From: an uncultured Methanosarcinaceae archaeon
Lineage (GTDB): Archaea; Halobacteriota; Methanosarcinia; Methanosarcinales; Methanosarcinaceae
Assembly (NCBI GenBank): GCA_963833425.1
Contig: CAWHXP010000013.1
Span: 1 to 64,000, forward strand
DNA length: 64,000 nt
Direction: 5' to 3'
Shown here piece after piece: positions 56,961 through 64,000 of the stretch. The notes beneath the pieces are model-generated. The model was not told where the DNA came from, searched no databases, and worked only from the letters and a program-made list of their open reading frames with translations. Every line of letters starts with the position of its first letter. The stretch's first letter is position 1. Both the position numbers and the translations under genes were made by a program.

Positions 56961-57699
56961 AGGTCTTATGAAAATGCCTTTCTGCTGAATCTCTAAAACG
57001 CCCAGGCATAGTAAAAGAATTAATTCAGGGCGGCTTAAATATTGCGTTTTTTGCGCTGTAAATGTAACAAAAAGTATGAGAACAAGACCTACCTTCCGCA
57101 GATGCCCTCAAAAAAATACCATTTTTGCACCACAGCTTATTTACCTGCATTGTGGACACAAAGAGTTTTCCTTCTTCTGTAGGCACCGAAAGTGCGGTTG
57201 TGATGCAAAAATGATATTTCCACAGTTTAATCCCATAATTCTTACCTTTGTATACCATTTTCCTGAATGGAAATGAAATAAAAGATTTCCTGAAAAAGAT
57301 TATAACTGGAGGATACAATCCAGATCTTCAAATCAAAGAAGGCCAGATATCCGGAAAATAAAGAAAGACATGCTGGAAAAAGAAAAGAAGATGTTTCCTG
57401 GGAGTATATTTTTGAATAAAAGAAAGACATGAAGAAAGGAATGAGGGGTCTTTTCAGACCGTTACCGACCGTAACCTCTTGACGGATAGTGCGAGAATGA
57501 AATAGTAGTGAATCTGTGGATCTCATGGTATCCAGGCAATATAAAATAATGTTTTCACAACGAAGAAGAAAATCTGATAATTAAAAGGTTGTACTTCTTA
57601 GAATCAAGTAAATAGAAAAACATGAATAGTTGTAACTCAAAAAAATAAATGATATACAATTGGGTTCCGTTGCAAAAATAATTTTACTGCCTTTTTAGG

Positions 57700-58637
57700 C
57701 TATAATTATTGTTTTTTGTATCATTATTAACCTGTTTATGGCATATAAATACTCCATTTGTGATGTTTTTCACTGATTTTGTAAAATAGCCAGATTTTTT
57801 GCAACGGAGCCCATCTAAAGAACAACTTTTTGATAATGTTGTTTTGTTCTTCAAGGGTATCTGTCTACTATACAACAATGAATTATATGAATTTTCTAAC
57901 ACATATAAATTAAACATTTATACCATAATTGCAATAATAATTACCATTGGAATAATGTATTTTGTATTTAGCAATATCTCGAAAAGAATTACTAATTCTA
58001 TATGGTTGTTATTTGTTTATTTATCCATTACATTCATTTCAATAATTTATGTTTTCACTTCAATTTCTATTGATATTAATACAACAAGATACCTTACATT
58101 CCCACTAATACTTAATTAGCATCTTGGCTTTGACATACAATCAAAACATGAAATTTCGACGGATATATATTTTCTTATTTTTGTCATTAATTATTATGAA
58201 TTCAGTTTCTAATGCGGAAATTTTAAAAGACGAGCATAATAACCCAAATAGAGAACAATATGAATTAATAGATTATTTGAAAGAATCAAATTTAATTTTT
58301 GATTATGGTAACTATTGGGACTCTAACATCATAACTTATCTATCCAAAGAAAAAAATCATTATTAGGCCTATCAAATTTCATTTTAGACACAATCCATAC
58401 ACAATTGAAAGAAATGAAAGCCTATCAAGTAGAAATGCAATGATAAAGCCTTATATGTGGCTCTTATGCGAAAGATGGTTTACAGAATTACCTAAGACCA
58501 ATGGAAACTTTTTCATTATACAAAGCCAGTTCCAAAAAGAAGAAAATGAGAATTTTGTGCATAAAAATCCGCCAAAAAAAATACTTGAATTTAAAAATTA
58601 TAAAATTTATGTGTATGATATTCCAAAAATGAAATAA
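57700..58637 (+). pseudogene. Fragmented membrane protein gene (GT-C-like)
   Basis: Consecutive fragments with hydrophobic helices, TTRYLTF and YGNYWDSNIITYLS, broken by frameshifts. Confidence 0.6.
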
Positions 58638-60110
58638 GTGATGGATTTTAATAATAAATAATGAAAAATTTCAAAATCCCGGGATCATTTATTTAATTAG
58701 TTTTCTTTTGGATCAAGTGATAAATAAATATTTTCTGCTTAACTTGAAGGCAACAGATTTAATATAACTATCCAGGCATCCAATGAGCACTACAATTTTT
58801 CTCTTTTTGAGAATAAATAGATATCTCTTTAATTTTATTTTTTTTTGATTAAGACTTACACAATAACAGGCATATGATATTTTTACTTACTTTTAATGTT
58901 GCAGTATCTTTAGGTGATCTATTGGCCTGTCCAAAGATATCATTGATACTATTATGTGAATTAATTATAATATATAAAAACAAATATTAAAAAATATTGA
59001 AGATTATATTCTGAAAAATATACACAGGTTTTATAGCAAAAACTATGTCTAAAAAAGAATATCAAAAATGCTTTTCCTTCTTTCGTCTCAGTGAGAAGAA
59101 GTTCAAAAAAGTAAATGGGCATCTGTTTTTTAAATAACTGGATGGGGGGTGTATTAATTGGGGGAAACAAAAAAGTTATCTCTGATGCCCTATAGTATAA
59201 TGTAACTTATTATTATATGAACTAATGTTTATACAGATAAATTACTATGTTTTTCAGAAGTACTGTGAATAAATCCATATAACAAACAGTACAGCTTTTA
59301 GATTCAAGTTTGCTTATTATGCAATTCTAAAAAAAATGATTTAATTTTGAGCCACGCTCTTATTTGAAAGATTGCTATATTTATTTTGTCCTTGAGATTC
59401 TGCAGCTTCTGACTCCACAGGGATACCCTAGAGAAGCTATCAGCAGTGAATAAGTGAAGTGTTATGAGCATCAGTGATGCACAAAAAAATAGATCTTGTA
59501 AGTTGTGGGTAAGACATACTATTTATCGAAGAGATCTTTGATATTTTTTTGCTTTTAGACGCATAACTACACTCCTACATTCAAACATTCTATTTTTGGA
59601 TTTATGCAATAGTGCATTTATGGATCATTGTATACTTGAATGTGATCAGATATACATCTTTTGAACAAAAAATATTTATAAAAATTTTTAGCTATATAGT
59701 TTATAGCTATCCTATGTGTATTTATAAGGCTTATGACCAGGGGCAGTAACCTTTTGAAATTTAACTATCTGTAACGGTGCTTTATATGAAATCGTTTAAA
59801 ATGTTCCAGGAGATCCATAAGCTCTATGAGTACCATAAGCTCCATGAGTAATGAGATCAGCAATGTTTTCTTATTTAGTATGGAACGTAGGGAATCCAGA
59901 GATTTAGACACAATAAACGATTCACTTTCAAGGTTAACTTTCCATAACCTTTTTTACCCTATTCTTCTTCACAAACTTAAAAGTATAGTGAAATACTTAG
60001 TCGTTTGATCTTAAAGGAATAAGTCTAATAAATACACACCAGTTGATTCAGAAAAAGATCGAAATCAAACTATAATCAGCTACTCAAGACTAGACAGAAA
60101 ATAGTAAACA

Positions 60111-60206
60111 GGAATTTTGATAGCTAATTTGAGATCCTTTTTCTATATAGCTTATTTCTGCATCGCCATAAATAACTCATTTAAATTAGGGTTTATCGAA
60201 ATCTTC
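60111..60206. mobile_element. MITE (degenerate)
   Basis: Right end tagggtttatcgaaatcttc. Confidence 0.5.
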
Positions 60207-60249
60207 AAAAATTAAAGAAAAACTGGAAACTAAAAAATCTAACTTCGAA

Positions 60250-60750
60250 TTACTTCAACATTTTAATCATCTCCCTCCCAAAAGCATAAAGGTCATGCGG
60301 GCTCCTTGATGATATCAGGTTTCCATCTATAACGACTTCACGGTCTTCGTAAAGTGCTCCTGCAGCTATAATATCGTCCCTTATCCCTAACCAACAGGTG
60401 GCTTTTCTGCCTTTTATAACACCTGCCGAGACTAAAACCTGGGGACCATGGCAGATTGCTGCAACTGGTTTGTTTTCTTTGAAGAAGTATCTTGTAATCT
60501 CAAGTGCATCTTTGTCAAGCCTCATTTTTTCAGGCCCTTTTCCTCCGGAGATCACGAGGAGATTATAATCTGCAGGATTCACATCCTTAAATGCAACATC
60601 AGCATTGATTTCATATCCGTGTTTTCCTGTTATAGGCCCTGTCTTCATCGAAGCTATATGTGTGGTTATTTCTTTTTCTTTCAAACGATGGTATGGATAG
60701 ATAAGTTCCACATCTTCAAAACCATCGGCTCCGAATATAAGTGCTTTCAG
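60250..60750 (-). CDS. pfpI: PfpI/DJ-1 family protein (166 aa from a CTG start)
   Basis: KALIFGADGFEDVELIYP, ISGGKGPE, AAICHG, SSRSP.D. The in-frame CTG at 60750 is needed to include the FED motif. Confidence 0.9.
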   Translation of the reverse strand: MKALIFGADGFEDVELIYPYHRLKEKEITTHIASMKTGPITGKHGYEINADVAFKDVNPADYNLLVISGGKGPEKMRLDKDALEITRYFFKENKPVAAICHGPQVLVSAGVIKGRKATCWLGIRDDIIAAGALYEDREVVIDGNLISSRSPHDLYAFGREMIKMLK

Positions 60751-60939
60751 ATAGATCCAACCGGGATTTTATTTCGCTTTTTCAACCTCTTGCACTTAAA
60801 AACTGTGCACACAAAAAATTATTCATAAAGCAAATATAGCTTTCTGATTGTGAAAACTTAAAAGGTATAAATCTGTCCATAATCTGTGTGGGGTTAGATT
60901 GTTTCAAAGCTCGTGTTGAGGAAAACCCGGAAATCCAGA

Positions 60940-61028
60940 GAGAATTTCGATAAACTTCAATTTTTGGTTTATTACCTATAAAACGAATGTAACCAATTTA
61001 TTAAAATCGGAGGTTTACCGAAATTCGC
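60940..61028. mobile_element. MITE (~90-bp family)
   Basis: gagaatttcgataaac ... gtttaccgaaattcgc-TA. Confidence 0.75.
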
Positions 61029-61708
61029 TACAATTTCCCCATATATTCATACATACTACCAATTCTACCTTACTCTTTCACTGTTTGCTGTTCACTTTAA
61101 ATCAATGTATAATTTCCCCCCTCGTTTTTTAAATTAATTATACAAAAAATAGTTTCTTGATAAAAATTAATTTTCCCTAAAATATTTTAATCTAGAACAA
61201 TAATTTGATATTAATGATTTTTTTATCTTTCCCAGAAATCTTCACAAATTTAACATTAGCTTTTTCCTAAAAAAGCAGTATACACTAACCCTATATTTAA
61301 TTCTAAATTTTCGGTGGCCTTATCCTTCTAGGACTTGGAACAAGTTCATTGATTTTGAGTAATTGATTAAAACAATAATCAATTAGAAGATAATGACTTT
61401 TTTAACTTTAATGAACCCCATGAGTCAATGGATATGCTAACAAAGTTATTTTCTAGTTTCATTGACACAAGTTTTTGTGTCAAAAAATATACTAATGAAA
61501 ACAAGAGAAAAGAAGTTTTGGAAGCATAAAAATTAACTTTTCTTCCTATATTTTTGCAGATCTTCTGTAAGCTGCCTTACTCCGTTTTAGATGTGCGTTC
61601 TTCATAATCTGTATCCCTTTTTATTAAGATTTTAGTTTATTTTAACGTTGATGCTTTACATTTTGCATTTCAACATACAATTTATTATAAGATCACTATC
61701 ATACAAGA

Positions 61709-62227
61709 ATGTGTGATAAGATAAAGCAATTTTTTTTAGAGAATAGATTTATGGACAAAAAATTTAAAGTAAACGAGAAAGAAAGTTTAACGAAATACAT
61801 CACCGATGAGGAACGCAGGCAGTTGCTTACAGCTTTACATTCACGCCTTTTCTGGGTAGGTCAATACATCCCACATAGTATAGAAGTAGAAGGAAAAAAC
61901 TGTCACTTGCATGATTATGTATGGGAATTAATCCAGAAAGAAACGCTTACTCAAACTGAAAAGTCCACTATAGATAAATGTATTGAGATGATTTCGACAA
62001 AGGAAAAGGAAGATGAGAGAAATCTGGAAGAACGATCCCTTACACAGGAAGAAGCAAAAGCTTTATATCACGAAACTGCAGGCCTACTGCGTGCGATAAT
62101 GGACCTAAAAGAAATAAAGGATGGAACTCTTAGGGAAAATACAAAACATTTTCAAGAACAGTTTGGTGACCAAAGAGTCAAAGATGCCAAGCTCTGGCTT
62201 GAATTTATCAAAAAAGTATCTAAGTAA
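61709..62227 (+). CDS. Conserved archaeal hypothetical protein (DUF5788-like); start may be 61751
   Basis: ER..LL..LH...WVG..IP, GLLRAIMDL and D.K.W..F motifs. Confidence 0.7.
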   Translation: MCDKIKQFFLENRFMDKKFKVNEKESLTKYITDEERRQLLTALHSRLFWVGQYIPHSIEVEGKNCHLHDYVWELIQKETLTQTEKSTIDKCIEMISTKEKEDERNLEERSLTQEEAKALYHETAGLLRAIMDLKEIKDGTLRENTKHFQEQFGDQRVKDAKLWLEFIKKVSK

Positions 62228-62274
62228 AGTGCTGGAAATGAGTAATAACAGGTTTTGATTTTACGCTTTACCTG

Positions 62275-63210
62275 ACTATATTTTGTCAAAAATTCTAAAG
62301 CTGTTTACTCATATGGACAACTGGCCCCTATTACAGCACTGATACAACAGGATTTACGAGTTCCTATGCAGGTCATGATTATTCCTGCAGAACAGAAAAT
62401 CTACGAAGGAGCTTTTGAAAATTTTAAGATCATTCGACACAGTAAAAAATATTACGGCCCTTAAAAATTGTCCAATTTTTAAGGACTAATGAACTTTATT
62501 TACCAGATCAGATACCTTTTAATTGTTATTAAAAGAAAAAAACGTTTTTAATATCATTTTTCTTAATTTAAAAGAATATTCGCCTTTAATTTATTCCTTA
62601 GACTCTTATTTATTTTTTGACACTAAACCCAGTATAAGTAAAAAACGTGATCTAATCAATAATTATAAATAAATAAAGTTTGGCAATAAACCAAGCTATT
62701 ATTAAGTGCAGTTACCAATTTTAAAGCTTAATTTTATTTATTAGCTTAAAATTTGAATTATTGGAGTGTATTTTTCTTTTAAGAATTCCAATTATTTATA
62801 TTTCCTAAAATAAATATATTGGGATATTAGTTTATGCACTAATTATGAAAGATCCTAAAAAATATGATATTAAAGATAGAAAATTAATCAGAAAGGTTGT
62901 CTAAAAACTCTAACCAATTATACAACTGTGACAAAATATTCTACTATAAGGTCGAATTGTACCGGAATTACGGAATAATTTCCTATCCAAATTTAAAGTA
63001 AAAATTTGTGATCACTCAATTGTATTATTGAGTTGAGTTGTGAGACAGCTTGCAGAAAATAGATCATGAAATCAAACATCAAACGCTAGATTAGACAATC
63101 AGATAGGATAAGAAAATTTCAATGTATTTAATGAATAAGAGACATGATTCAGAAAAATCCATTTTCTAATTAGAGATGAAATAAGATCAGACTCAATCCT
63201 ACCTGTAAAA
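62275..63210 (+). mobile_element. Split relic of the ISH1-like IS5 element, interrupted by about 590 bp
   Basis: 62275-62460 resembles 51540-51730; 63053-63210 resembles 51740-51900. Confidence 0.65.
62894..63051. mobile_element. MITE-like element with long imperfect inverted ends (second family)
   Basis: aggttgtctaaaaactctaaccaattatacaa versus the reverse complement aagctgtctcacaactcaactcaataatacaa. Confidence 0.5.
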
Positions 63211-63300
63211 TAATCAGTAGCCAACAGTTGAATAAAATAAACTCACCTAAATTTGCTCATTAATCTTAGTAACAGTAACTAATGATATTGTTTTCCACAG

Positions 63301-63407
63301 GTTGGATATCTGAGTTTGAATAATTCCTTTATATCAGAGCAATGATTCACCCAGTTGTTTCTAAATGGATTATGACCCAAAATATTTATTTCAGTCGGAT
63401 ACCCAAC
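63301..63407. mobile_element. Possible MITE (third family)
   Basis: Imperfect TIR gttggatatctga ... tcggatacccaac. Confidence 0.35.
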
Positions 63408-63576
63408 AGCAATTTATAGGATATTAGACTGAAATAAATTCATTTTTATAAATTTTTTAAGTTTTAATTTTCGCTATGTAGCCCACAATTTGAAGAACTA
63501 AAATTAACTTTTAGTTGGCTCAGGGTTTCGGGTATCGTTTTACTTATATTTCAAAGTATCCTATTAGATCTATTAC

Positions 63577-64000
63577 TCAGGCTTTTAATTTTTCTATAAG
63601 CTCTTCTGCAGCTTTTTTCGCATCTTCCATTACTTTTTGCTCATCAAGAACCAGCACCTTGTAATTGTCCATTAGTACTTTACCGTTCACGATTGTTGTC
63701 CTCACATCGCTCCCTTTTGCTGAATACACAAGATGGGATCGAACGTCAAAGCAAGGGGTAAGGTGTGGCTTTTTCATGTCCAGGATTATCATGTCAGCCT
63801 TTTTACCAATTTTTAACATACCTGTTTCAGGATCAAGAGCCTTGGACCCATTAACCGTCCCCATCTCAATTAACTGCCTGACAGGAAGGATAAGCGGATT
63901 TGAAGTATTTACTTTATGTAGAAGAGCAGCGGTTTTCATCTCTTCGAAGAGATCGAGGTTATTATTTGAGGCGCAGCCATCAGTGCCAAGGCTGACATTT
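63577..64000 (-). CDS. Amidohydrolase (MtaD/DadD-type nucleoside deaminase), C-terminal part
   Basis: LGTDGCASNNNLDLFEEMK, MGTVNG, GKKADMI, SHLVYS, TIVNGK. Runs off the window end. Confidence 0.85.
   Translation of the reverse strand, partial: NVSLGTDGCASNNNLDLFEEMKTAALLHKVNTSNPLILPVRQLIEMGTVNGSKALDPETGMLKIGKKADMIILDMKKPHLTPCFDVRSHLVYSAKGSDVRTTIVNGKVLMDNYKVLVLDEQKVMEDAKKAAEELIEKLKA

Overview
This 64 kb window reads as chromosomal DNA from a Methanosarcina-type methanogenic archaeon. Support: mch, methanogenesis marker DUF2099, an archaeal initiator tRNA-Met, rad50/mre11, valS, pyrG, prs and galU. Recognisable genes cover only about half of the window (hand sum about 31.4 kb). The rest is AT-rich DNA full of decayed IS5, IS200/IS605 and IS110 relics, about ten copies of a ~90-bp MITE, and frameshifted genes (CHAT protease, TPR protein, membrane protein, nnr). 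I found no CRISPR array, prophage or intact defence system. Best leads: (1) genome erosion together with an Mch that has drifted at normally conserved motifs; (2) a secreted Pro/Ser/Val protein built almost entirely from hexapeptide repeats; (3) a GT4-(alpha/alpha)6 fusion with two diverging GH130 phosphorylases, a possible archaeal mannoside synthesis/turnover module; (4) a 4-kb region with a 256-bp inverted duplication, a 55-bp hairpin and a triplicated upstream region; (5) a CDIN1/C15orf41-like nuclease next to rad50-mre11, with a PIP-box-like end on Mre11. All family assignments come from motif recognition and recall, not database searches.
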